NCBI RefSeq assembly: GCF_000143415.4
Contig: NW_003314285.1
Coordinates: 1 to 64,000 of the forward strand
Reading direction: 5' to 3'
DNA: 64,000 bases
Source of the DNA: Selaginella moellendorffii
Taxonomy: Eukaryota; Plantae; Lycopodiophyta
Shown: positions 12,780 to 24,398 of the stretch, in pieces
Layout: every line of letters starts with the position of its first letter
How positions within the stretch are numbered: the stretch's first letter is position 1
The notes under the pieces: generated by a model
The model's database searches: none
Told to the model about the DNA's origin: nothing
The model's input: only the letters and a program-made list of their open reading frames with translations
Position numbers and translations under genes: made by a program

Positions 12780-13751
12780 CATCACTTTCGCTGGAGGATC
12801 ACGAATGGCATAGAAAGATTTACGTGAGGTGGAATGAATGTTACATAGAGTTGTAAAAATCGTTTACCAGGTCGCCATTGTTTCTGAGATGCCGGGAGAT
12901 GGATTCGTGGGTAATGTTCTTGCAGAAGGAAACTTCAGCAGCAACATAGCTTTGGAGGCTTAGACCGTTGGAAATTGATGGCACTGAACACTTGCCCTGC
13001 TCAAGTGTGAGGATCGCGAATGATTCCCCGGTCTCCACATTTCCTTTTACCACAGTCCTGGAAAACCAAGCCATGCAGAACGTAGCATGAGTTTCGTGAT
13101 CAATCAGTTCCTGCCGTGGAACAAGTTTGTCATGGTTCCAGAAACTATATGCATGCGTACCTCTTGGAGCATATCGTTCCATGCCAGCTCCAACCGTGAA
13201 ACATGCCAGTTCTCGAAGGACGTGAACTCGGGCTGGTGCATCCGTGAGAACAAGCAGAGGATTCCTCCAGGAACAATCTCTTGTGCTCGGCAGGTTAAGA
13301 ACCCGCAAAGATCCTCCATGTGCTTGGGTTCGTTGAATGGACCACACAGATCACTCTCTGGAGTCTAGAGAGAAGACAAATGCCCATTGAAGGAAGATTT
13401 AGATCGAAGGAATGAGCTTGAACGCTCGTAAAAGGATCCAGAGACAGCGGCAGTGAAGCATCGCAGCGATGGCGATGACTGTTCTAGCTGCTGGAACAGC
13501 GTGTTGAAGTCATTGGAGCTCAAGTCCGAGAAGAAGGCTTGGATCTCCGGCTCCATTGCTGAGCATGCTCGAATTGCCTCGGCAACAAGCCCCACTGCAC
13601 GGATTGTGTTGTAGCCAGATGCACATCCCAGATCTAGCCACTTGCTTGGCAGAGTTTTGAGTGTAGCTATCGATTCCACTCCGCCCAGCATTCTAACTTG
13701 CGAGAAGAATGTCCCAAGCTTATAAATCCTGTGAGCGTCGTTGCAATGCAT
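12780..13751 (-). pseudogene. SABATH-family methyltransferase pseudogene (copy 2)
   Basis: LDLGCASGYNT, FFSDLSSNDFNTLFQ, GSFYER and [18 protein letters not shown] 1-bp loss plus ~85-bp deletion near the N-terminus and loss of the LFP...LHWLS block relative to copy 1. Confidence 0.85.
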
Positions 13752-13880
13752 TCATATCAAGGACGTCCAAAGTCCTTTGTTCTAACTTGGATGGAATCCT
13801 CCAAAGTGAAGTCTAAGACCATGTGCCCAAGTAAGAAACAAAACCAACCACGTTGGTAGGTGGTGAGGTCATCCCATGCA

Positions 13881-15431
13881 TTATAGGTCACAGTGGAGTT
13901 TCAACGCTTTAGCAAAGTTGACGAGGTTTGCATGCGAAGAACCATTTGGCTGGACGTTTCGTTTGGCTGCATGGCGCAACTCTTTGGCTCTACGTCTCAG
14001 CTCGTCGCCGCTGCAATGGTCTCGTCCCATGACAAACCTCACCATATCCTCGACATGGCTTGCATGGATACCAGCCTCCATGACCTCCTTGATGCGAACT
14101 CCAACTTTGAGAGTGTCAACAACCCAGGCTGTGTTGAAAACTTGCTCGGCAAAACAAGGCAAGCATAACAAGGACTCGAGCGTCGAGTTCCACCCGCAAT
14201 GCGAGAGGAGAGCACCCACGGATTCATGCTCCAGCACCTACGATTGATTGTGCGAAAAACTATCAACCCATGGAGCGAATATCTAGATCATACCTTGACT
14301 TGAGGAGCCCAAGAGATTATCAGCCCCTTCTCGTTCTGCTGTATCCTGGCCGAGAAATCGTTCCTTGCCTGCTCGTCACTGCCTTGGAGAAGATCGAGCC
14401 TGATCACCCACAAGAATGCGTGGCCGCTGTTGGCAAGTCCCTCGTAAACCTGCTGAGCGTCACTGTAAGAGATGGTTGCGACGCTTCCAAAGGAAACGTA
14501 GACCACCGAGCTTGGTGCTTGTTTGTCCAGCCACTCCAAACAGCTCGTGTCTTCGATCCATGGAGACATGCTCAATTGTGTTTCCTCCCCCGTGTCGTCA
14601 AAGTGCAAGGGCCCAACCGCAATACAATTTGGATTCACGTCTCGGGCAGCATCCAAGGGTGCTGCTTCCATCTCCTGGAAGGAATTCACAAACACCCAAA
14701 CGTCATCTTTCATCCTTTCAAAGCGTTGGATTCGGAGTTCAAAGCCTGGATCACACTCGTCCTCGTGCTGGAGTGTGCTCGGGAGGTGACTTGCGCAAAA
14801 AGAAGGAAGCCCAGGCATGAAATCTATTATATCTTTCCTCCCTACAATAAGAACGTAAAAATGAAAAAAGAGAAAAAGGCAAAAAGTAGCTTAGAGGAGG
14901 ACCTTTTGCTGGTAAGATGTGCTTGAGCAAAGGCAAGTGGAAGCAAAGGAGAAGACAGGCAGCGGACGACGTCCACAGTAGTGCCCGAGCGATTCCAAGG
15001 TTGTGACAGAATTCCTGGCTCCACCCAATAAACGCATCAAAGAGTACGCATGTCACTGGAGGGCGACGGGGATCGCTAGCCATGCCCATCACCAATTGCT
15101 CCAGATCCTGTTTCATCCCCTCCATGGAATTGAGAAACATCTGGAGGTTGTTCCCCAGCCGATGCTTTGGGAGACAATCGTCTGGAATGCTCACAAACCT
15201 GTAGGCGAGCTATAAGTCTCCTCGCTAAGGAAACTTGGGCTCATACCTGAAAGAATCATCCCCCACGGCAGTGGATTTCTTGAACTCCTGCTCGTGGCGG
15301 CTGCGAGTGTTGATGAAGGTTATGATGAATCCCATTGAAGCGAGCTTGCGGCACAGTAGTATCATCGGATTAATGTGACCTTGGGCAGGAAATGGAAACG
15401 CTAAAACATGAGGCGGCGCCATTCTGCTCAT
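13881..15431 (-). CDS. UDP-glycosyltransferase (UGT85-like), 4 exons; PSPG box has a 6-aa deletion so may be inactive
   Basis: Exons 15431-15247, 15198-14903, 14841-14294 and 14237-13881 with GT-AG introns in frame. Motifs FPAQGHINP, CLEWLDKQAPSSVVYVSFGS and WAPQVK|VLEHESVGALLSHCGWNSTLESLLCLPCFAEQ. Confidence 0.88.
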
Positions 15432-15817
15432 CTAGGGTACACATTCCATGGTCTTATCTTTCGTCGACTATGGTTGACTTTGAAGGATTCGTTGTCCAAG
15501 TCATGTTCTTATTTTAGGTAAGTCTAATGTATCAACAAGTTGGTCAAGTTATTCAAATCTCTTGCTGGATTTTGTGGCGGTGGTGCTTGTTCCTCACTGA
15601 TGTAACTCTTTTCTAATACAATCTCTTCGCTTTCTTATATATTGCTGGAACTAGCTAGCTCGAAGAAAAAGAAAAAAAAAAAGCACGGTTTCACGACAAC
15701 CAAGTGCTAAAACTCTCGATGCTCAGAGTGATCTCAAGACCAAAAACGTGTGAGAGGGGAGAAAGGAGAGCGAGGATAACTTAGAAGTGTATGATCACCT
15801 GGCGATGATGTTACTGA

Positions 15818-16762
15818 TCATGGCATGAACAACTTGTTGCCACACTTGCACCGCCAAGCCTCGGGGTAGTACTCGGCGGTCTTGACGAGACCCGGCTGGA
15901 TTGGAACATGAACAGGCCTGCAAGGATAGCATCTCCCACACTTTGACGTGCATTGGGGTGGCGACGATCCAGGCCCGCTCAAGCTCCTCCTCACCAGGCT
16001 GCTGCTGGATCGAAGCTCCTCCAATTGCAAGGGCGAGTAATCGGCTACCCAGCTTTGTTGATCCACACTTTGTTGATCATCGCCCATCTGATAGAAATGA
16101 TCATTTGCATAAGTATCATTTCTAAGACTACAGATGGGAGAAAAGGAGAGAAATTTTTTGCAGTACCTGATCGAGCTGCTGCCGTTTTGTGGACAGTGAT
16201 AAAGCTGCGTCTTTGCTTTCATGGACACCTGCAGATTTGAAAGATTTGATAATTAGTAAAGGCCTGGCCGGGTTTAAGAATTTTTGGAAGCTGTCGTGTT
16301 CGAGGACAGGGACAGCGCAAGGAGGACGTTTGTGGAGCTCACGCAAAACCATCCATGGGGTAATAAATCTATCTATCTATCTATCGATCTATATCCAGGT
16401 CTATGCAGCAAGCAAATCATGCGAGATCGAGCACGCATTCATTCATCCAATCAAAGTTTTAAGTTTAAAGCGAGCTTCTTTCCGTGAGTCAATTCCTCTC
16501 ACTCTCTCACTCTTCTTCGTGGGGATTCCTTTCACTCGCAGCATAGATTTGGAGAGCCACACGACACAAGCGAAGAGCAAGAAAACCAAGGAAAGTATTA
16601 TAACGTACCGGTACTCAGTCGCTCCGCTTGAGTTCTGCCAGCGCTGGATGAGTGCAAGCATCTTGAAGCGAGGAGGATGGCAAGTACCAAGTAAACTAAA
16701 CTGCGAGCTCCTCCTCTTCTTCTACTGCAGCAATGCTCTAAGCTCCAAAACGATCGTTTCAT
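15818..16762 (-). CDS. EPFL: EPIDERMAL PATTERNING FACTOR-like (EPFL4/5/6-type) secreted Cys-rich peptide precursor, about 161 aa
   Basis: Exons 16762-16609 (MKRSFW...SLVYLVLAILLASRCLHSSSAG, signal-like), 16228-16167 and 16087-15818 splice in frame. Mature domain GPGSSPPQCTSKCGRCYPCRPVHVPIQPG..AEYYPEAWRCKCGNKLFMP has 6 Cys. Confidence 0.92.
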
Positions 16763-17044
16763 AGCTGCTTATTATATCAATCCCACTACCGTCCCTTCAA
16801 ACTGAAGAACTCCCTTGGGTGAAGAAGAACTCCAGCTACATTCCCTCCCGGAGGCTAGGCTTGGATCTTGGGGATGTGCTGTTTGTGGAGAGATGGTTTA
16901 TACAATGTTTTTTTCCTTTCTTTTTTCTCCAATCTGTTAAAAACTGCTCGAGACTTTCTGTTTCATCCGTGCTTTTGAGCTGACGCTTTGCGAGGAAACG
17001 AATCACCTGTGGTCGTATAGCTCTTTCTTACCGCCACCAAGCCC

Positions 17045-17071
17045 AGAGAGAGAGAGAGAGAGAGAGAGAGA
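17045..17071. repeat. (AG)n microsatellite upstream of EPFL
   Basis: AG run; possible GAGA/BPC-type element (inference). Confidence 0.85.
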
Positions 17072-20000
17072 TCGATCCCGCGATACCCGAAGCAGCTTTG
17101 ACTCGGGCTTTGACTGGCCACTCCAAGTCCAAGGCTTCTTCTTTTGGACAAAGGCGTGCTGCTTGACTGCGAGAAAAAGAAATCTATATGATTTCATCCA
17201 TCCAGCCGAGACACCCACCGTCTTTACTCCACCAATGTACTACTGGCTGTGTGATCAGAGGCCCGGAAGATTTATACATCGATCCAAGACGAGAGCGAGA
17301 GCGAGAGAGAGATTGAATGGAAGAAGAAGAAGAAAAGAGTTACTCTAGGGACAGACCAAAACGAGGAAGAACAATGAATGACGAGAGAGCTCCTGCCAAT
17401 GCTGCTGGCCAAGGAAAGAAAAAAAGAAAAGAATGGGAAGAAACCACTGCAGCCGGACTGGTGCTGCCCCCTTCTCGGCGCTCGCTTGTGTACTCCTCGT
17501 AATCAACGTAGCATGGTCTTTAGTCTTGGCACCAGTGTGTCTTGGAGATGATAAACAAAACCAAGCCCTGGAAAGGATGGAATGCGAGCGCGCAAGCACG
17601 AGAGGAAACTATACTGCCTCGCACAGGACGTCCCGAATAAATGTAGATGGACATTCAAAGCAAGAGTATTTGTGTGTGTGGTTGCTGCTGGGAGAATAAG
17701 AAGAAGAATCGAGTAATAATAAAAAGGTAAAAAATATGAGCTCCGATCAGATGAGCAGTGGAATATAGAGTGACTTGACTTGTGAGGGGGGAGGAACAAG
17801 AACTCTCCTCCCTCTAAAAACTGGAGCGAGTGATCATCGATGAATCAAGGCAACCTTGAAGCCGTGGTTCCACTGGCAGAAAGAAAAAACAAATCTCGTT
17901 AGAAGAAACTGAGTTCCTCTAACTCTCCTCTTTCTTTTTTCAACACTCTTTCTTTACCTTCTTGCTTTCTTTCTTCTTCCTTACAACAAGTAACAGAGGC
18001 TGGAGCAGCAGGAGCAGCAGGAGCAGCAGCAGCAGCAGCGGCAGAGCCAGCATCAAACCAGCAGAGCTACCATTTGTTTAAAAGAAAGAAAAAACTTTCT
18101 TTTCGTTCTTTCTCTTCGCTCCCCCTTCTCCAAAAAAAATACCACCACCCAACAGCGAAGAAAACAAACTGGCACACTGCAAAGAGAGCAAAGAGAGCAA
18201 GACTATTGTGTTCAAAGCAGCAAGAGGTGCTACAACTATATACTAGTCCCAAGCTTGAGAATCGGGGGATTTTGTTTATTACAAAAATCCACGTCTTATC
18301 TCCAGGTAAGATTCAGAGAACATCTCAAACAAGGTGCCAACTTTAACTATTTTAACCTCGTAGCTAAAGTTGACGGACAATGGATGTGTAAGGGCCAATG
18401 GCACGGCACATGTCCAAGGGTCCCGCAAAATGCCTCTTCACTGTCTTGTCTCTCTGCTCCGCCAGTTCTCCTGTCGTGTGTGTGCGTGCGCCTGAAAGTG
18501 CCACGACTGGGCATTTGTTTTTAACCCCGCTTGTGTGTACGGCAGTGGCAATTCTTCCACTTTTTTTTCTTTAACGCAGAGGTCTAAGGGAGCTTTCAAC
18601 GCAGACCAAAATGCCCAAATGCCCAACAGAAGGGAAGGAGCCTTTACTTTCCACTTACCTTGACTGCCACAGTCTTGAGTTTCTTTTTCAAGTCTCTCTT
18701 TTTTTTCTGAAGAGAAATTAATTGCACTTGTCAGGACCTATGTAGAGGCTTCCAAATAGTGTGTATGATCGAGTTCGGCGTCGACAGCTACAGTTTCTAC
18801 AGTAGAAATATACCCGCCTCCTCCTGAAATCTTACCAGCTTTACTCCAGTCTCCTGTCCATTTCGGTGGTCATTTGTTCCTTGTCGGGCCGGCCGCATTC
18901 ATCCGGCCGTCCATCTGCTCTTTGTTTCTTAGGGCAAAGTGTCCCGGAGAGCTTTCTCTTTCAGATGTTGGTGCAAGCAACTGAGCTATCAAAAGTGGTA
19001 TAGCTTCAAGAGAGCTATCGTTGCCTTCAATTCTATAGGAGCGACAGTACTTAGTTGCAGTGCTGCTGCTGCTGGGCTCTCTTTTGTTTGAATAGAGTGG
19101 AGTATGTTTTTTGTTCTTTCTTGGATGCCAATATAGCTCACTATGATGAGCTTTTGTTGCAGCAGCCGAGGATTGGATGGAACACAAAGAACTGCTTAAG
19201 TTATCATGATCGTCACCTCCTCTCCATCCCCAAAGCTCTCAATCAGGTTTGTAAACGCACACATTTTGCGGCCAGGAATCTAGCAGAAGCAAGAAACTCC
19301 ACTTCTCCGTGACACTTGTAATTACTGCAAAGAGGATCTCTCCAAGTACAGTTCTAACGCTGTTGCCTTGCCTGACGATATTTCATGTGCGGGATTATAT
19401 AATGCCACCACCTCCACGCAAAGGATGCTATGTGCTATACTGACAACCTATGAACGTCAAGATCTGCTTTTAGCTTTGGTAATGTATGCATATCGTTGTT
19501 GGGGTGAACGAGCTCCGTGAAAACATCGATTGATCCATGCAAGTTTTCCCGTTTGGAGCATGGTCCGATGGATCATGATCTCGTTTTTAAAAGCGGCAAG
19601 CTCAAGCAAATATTCCAACAAGAACCATGGTTGCATGGGCTCAGAGTTTGAAAAGAGGGAAAAGACGGTGTGATCCCAAGGCGTGTGTGCACAGAGATCT
19701 TCGGCCTTGTGTTCCACAGCTGCATGAAAACAAATGCCCCAGATTCCGAGGCCTGAGACAGGCCATGTGCCAGGACGAGATCACAGCCATGCACGCATTC
19801 CGAATCCGTCGGCGATTCCGAAACAGAATCCATCTCTCCGCGCCACCCCCGTCGTCACCCCACGTAACGCAGCCCTCCCTTTCGTACGGACGTGGCTGCC
19901 AAAGTCAACTGGGTTCATTTATGAAGATTTTGGGGTCACTTTTCGATGTTACTTGCTTGCATTGCAATGCGAATGCGATGCCTGGGACGGGCTGTGCCAC

Positions 20001-20917
20001 TTTTGAGTGACAATCGTAGCTAGCGGTTCAAGGGCGAATCTTGTCTCTTTTCCGTGGATTTGATTCGAAGTTTGATCGCTCCAATCCTTTCTATCACTTC
20101 GTGAGAGGAAGCTGAAAAAGCATGGACCGGAGTGATCTTATCTTTGGTTCTCTTGTCAACTTTGCGATATTATTTCGGGTCCGATTTGACCGATCCCATT
20201 ATCTTTTTGACCGATCCCATTTTTTTGGTGTTGCCACCAGCCAGACATTATCCTATGTGCTGTAAGAGGAGCGCGCTTTCTTTTCAGGTGGGCTTTGCTT
20301 GGGGAACAACGTTGTTGGCCATGCAGAGCAGGCCAAAGTTTTTTATTTCCTTTTCCTCCTCTAAACAATTGGGCAGCGATCTTCAAGTGAAAAATCTAAG
20401 AATGTTGGTTCCAGATAGTCGAAGAGGCGAACACTAGCAATCGATCAATCACCCAGTTGTTTTGTCTCCACTCCATGATGCAAATGCGAGACAAACAAAA
20501 AGCAAACGCCCATGCTGGGACAAGACAGCAAACAAGAAAACGAAGCAGCACCTTTTTCCTCGTGTGTTATAAGTGATGGAAGAGAAACCTTTGAAGAAAG
20601 TGGTGACAAAACCTCTTTATCTGGGTGGGACATAGCTGGATCCAAAGCCTGGCTCCAAGGAAGATAGCTCTTTTATTTTGTCACCCGGCTTCCCCCAAAG
20701 TATAATCTAGCTATAGCCCCGAAACCATCCACAGTAAGTAGCAGCCAAACTAAAACTTGCAAAAGGGAAATCTTCTCTCTGGCATCCTCGAGGCTGTGCT
20801 TGCTTTGCAGCAAAACCTTTCTTTCCTCTGGGAGCTCATACACTTCGCACACAAACGCTTCCATCGGGTTCTTGGTTCTTCGACTTCTTCTTGTTGGTGC
20901 TGATGATCAATCACCAG

Positions 20918-22680
20918 CTAACTGCGTTCCCTGCTGCGCTCTCTACTCCTGCTCTTGCTCCTCTTCCTCGATTCACTCCTCCACTCTCTACTGCGGTGCC
21001 TGTCACCGTCCCTGTTCCTCTCCCGGTCGCCGTGGTGACCCCTGTTCCTGTTAAATCCCCCGTGGTGCCTTCGGTCACTGTTCTGTCTCTTGTACTTATC
21101 AGACCTGAAAACACGACAGACCATCTCTGTCAGCGCATTTTCGACAACAAGGTGGAAAACAGTAAATAGTTACCTCCACTCGTTGCCTTTGCCACCCTGG
21201 TATGCACCATTCTGCAGGTGAAATGCAGCATACACGGAGTCAGAGGGGAGAAAGATATTCACCAATGGAACTTTTACCTTTTGAGTGGGAGAGTCTTTCA
21301 AGTCCAGCTTCTCTTCGACAGAGCTCTCTTGCATCCTTTCTTTCTTTTTGGCCTCGAGCTCTTCGTCACGTTTTCTCCTTAACTCCTCCAGAGTGTTTCT
21401 TATTTTCAGATACCCCTGCGAACAAGAACGAGTGACGATATTAGCCGAACGTTCTAGCAATCACAAAAATTGCGGGGAGGAAAACAAAGAAAAATCAGTT
21501 ACCACATGCTGCCTGCCCTCCAAATGGCTTGCAAGTCTCTTTTCAGTGTCTGTTGAGGCCTGCATTGCACCACATATTTCACATACTTGCATTCTTTTTT
21601 CTTTCTCTAAAATAGTTCCGTACTCTGGCATAATTGCACGCATAATCAACTCCTTCTCCCTATTCAATATTTCAACCTGCGAGGAGCAAGAAAAATTCAG
21701 ATACAATACCAGAGGCGAAGTCATACGGCTAGCTACAAACGACAATAAACAGACCAGAGGGTTCAATGAGGGACAAGATCGCCTGAAACAAACTACAAGC
21801 TTAATGGTCACAACATAGGTACCTCAAGCAATCAGTTAGCTGCTGTAGCTAAAAAATCATGCCTGGTGTCAGAAAGATCAAGATCAGCAATCTCGGGTCA
21901 ATAGAAAACCCACATCAATACCTTCTACGGGCTTAGAAGTTTTAGACTTCCTCTACAAATGAAGAGGAACTACCCTGGCATGCAGATTACGGGACCTTAA
22001 TTAGCACAATCAGGAGAAAGAGCCTATCAGACCTCAAACAGCAGGGAGCTGCATTCCACGAAGGAAAGAACTTTCTTTTACCTTTTCCATGGTAGCTTGC
22101 GCCTGATCGACCATACCCTCTTCTCCCTCTTTCTCGGCCCTTTTGAGAAGAGCCTGGACTTCCAACGAAATTGCACTGATTTTCTCTGTTCCACCTTTGT
22201 TCTGTTCCATAACGGGAACTTCCTTCTCCAACCTCTCATAACATCTTCGTATCTTCCTGTAGCGCCAGGCAACAATTTTCAACACTTCCTTCAAAACAAT
22301 GAAAAGAAAAGACAAACCTTTCGAGATCGGAGATCAGGCGCTCGAGATACCTCAAGAACTCCATCTCGTACTGAGCCACTTTGTTCGATTTCCGAAATGG
22401 CTCGCGCAGCGCATCGTCGTGAACCTTCCCGCACGGCCCCAAATCACTCTTGGTATTGGGAAAAAGATCGTGCGGGCAGAAAGAAACCAGATGATAGTGG
22501 CAGACCTGCAAGAAAAAGAAGAATGCGCCAAAATTTCTCATCCATTCGCCCCGAAATCCAAACCCTAAGCAAAAATCACACCTGGGCATCATCGAAGCGC
22601 AAGCGGCTCTGCCGCTTCTGGCCCAGCGGCAAATCCCGGTCCTTGCCCATGAGCTCGTCCAGCAGCGCCTTGGGATCCAT
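20918..22680 (-). CDS. LUC7: LUC7-like U1 snRNP splicing factor, multi-exon
   Basis: MDPKALLDELMGKDRD; VCHYHLVSFCPHDLFPNTKSDLGPCGKVHD (ZnF1); MQVCEICGA...HLEGRQH (ZnF2); RS/RE-rich C-terminus ending RSRERSRERS*. Confidence 0.93.
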
Positions 22681-23030
22681 CGCGCCAAGAAACCAAGCCT
22701 TCCTTCTTGCCCTAAACAAGCAGCGTTCTAGGGCGGCAAATAACGCCCGGGTTCGAAACTAACTAACTATATATGTCCTTGGCGGGAATCGAACTCCTCT
22801 CTTCTGGCTGGAAAAAAGGGTAAAAACAATTGTTTCTTTTACCGTTATGGTAACTCTCATAAAGCTCGAGTCAACCGATCACACACACAGCGGAGCTCGT
22901 GATCATCACTTTAATATGAGGCAAGAACACTTTCCTTTCGCTCTTTCCATGAATTTCTTGGTCGCTGGGACAAATTCTTCGTGCATGATCGCGTCGTCCG
23001 GAACCAGAATTAGAGCGCTGGAATTGGAGG

Positions 23031-24344
23031 ATGAAAACTCTGTTGCTGCTCTTGATCGCGCTGTGGATGATTCTTGCGATTGTTTCCAGTGAGGACGAGC
23101 AGCGCGAATTCAAGGCATGGATCTATCGCAATGGCAGAAAATCGACGAGGTCAGATGGGATGCGTGTTCATCATCATTTGATCGAGAGCTTAGTGGAAGC
23201 GGAGAGAAACCAGAGCGTGATTGTGGTGGCAAGAGATGGATTGGGGAATTTTAGCTCCATTGCCGAGGCAATCGACTCCATTCCGGAACAAAACCAGCAA
23301 AGAGTGATCGTGTGGATCAAAGCGGGAGTCTACAGGTAAAATGAAAAAGAAATCTAGTCTCTCTGTTGGATCGAAAAGGTTCTCACCTTGAGCCAGGGAA
23401 AAGATTGCCATTCCAAAATCCAAACCGTTTGTAACACTCCAAGGAGATGGGAGCTCACTCACGATAATCACTTGGAACTCCACAGCTTCGGATAGAAATG
23501 GCACGAATCTACTCAAGACATATAACAGCGCCACCATTTCCATCAACTCGAGGTTCTTCATCGCCAAGAACATCACATTCCAGGTTTGCTCTAGCTAAAC
23601 ATCTTTGAGAAGTTCTCGCAAAATAATCTCAAAGAAATCATTACTAGAATGAAGCAATTGCTCACATCCATGGTGAGACCGGGAAGCAAGCCGTGGCATT
23701 GCGAATCAGCGCGGACATGGCGGCCTTCTACGATTGCAACTTCCATGGCGGCCAAGACACTCTCTACGATCACAAGGGCCGGCATTACTTCAAGCGATGT
23801 TTCGTGCAAGGAAGCGTGGATTTCATCTTTGGCTATGGAAGATCCCTCTACAAAGTACGTAAAAACCAAACTCTCCATCAAAAGATCACAACCTTTGCAG
23901 GATTGCCATCTCTACTCGATCGCCAACAAAACAGGCGCGATCACTGCACAAAAGAGGACCATTCGCAACATGAACTCGGGATTTTCATTCGTGAATTGCA
24001 GCATCACTGGATCCGGAAGAATTTACCTGGGACGTGCATGGGGAGATCGATCCAGGGTGGTCTACTCGTACACCTACATGGACGCGCTCATAGCTCCTCA
24101 AGGGTGGCAAAACTGGAATCACCCAGAACGAAACAGGTAGATTTTTGCATTTCTTCCAACTTCGCATTGAAAATTCCATCTCTCGCTCCATAGGACTGTG
24201 TTCTTCGCGCAGTACGAGTGTAGCGGGCCTGGAGCAAAGACGAGCCAGCGAGTGGCATGGGCAAGAACCCTCACTTTCGAGGAGGCACAACCATTCCTAG
24301 ACACAGATTTCATCCATGGAGAAACATGGCTTCTCTCCACATAA
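23031..24344 (+). CDS. Pectin methylesterase without PMEI pro-domain, 5 exons
   Basis: Signal peptide MKTLLLLLIALW; motifs IKAGVYREK, QAVALR, GGQDTLYDH, GSVDFIFG and YLGRAW; stop TAA at 24342-24344. Confidence 0.95.
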
Positions 24345-24398
24345 AGGAGACTATTTGTTTCTGATGATACAACTTAGAATGTGACCTTTTGGGGATCT

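Noticed and set aside
22745-22800. Two B-box-like motifs (GGTTCGAAAC; minus-strand GAGTTCGATTCC) between LUC7 and PME
   Set aside because: No A-box or cloverleaf could be built.
15818-24344. EPFL plus pectinesterase as a 'stomatal' gene cluster
   Set aside because: They are separated by LUC7 and both families are large; no sequence evidence of co-regulation.
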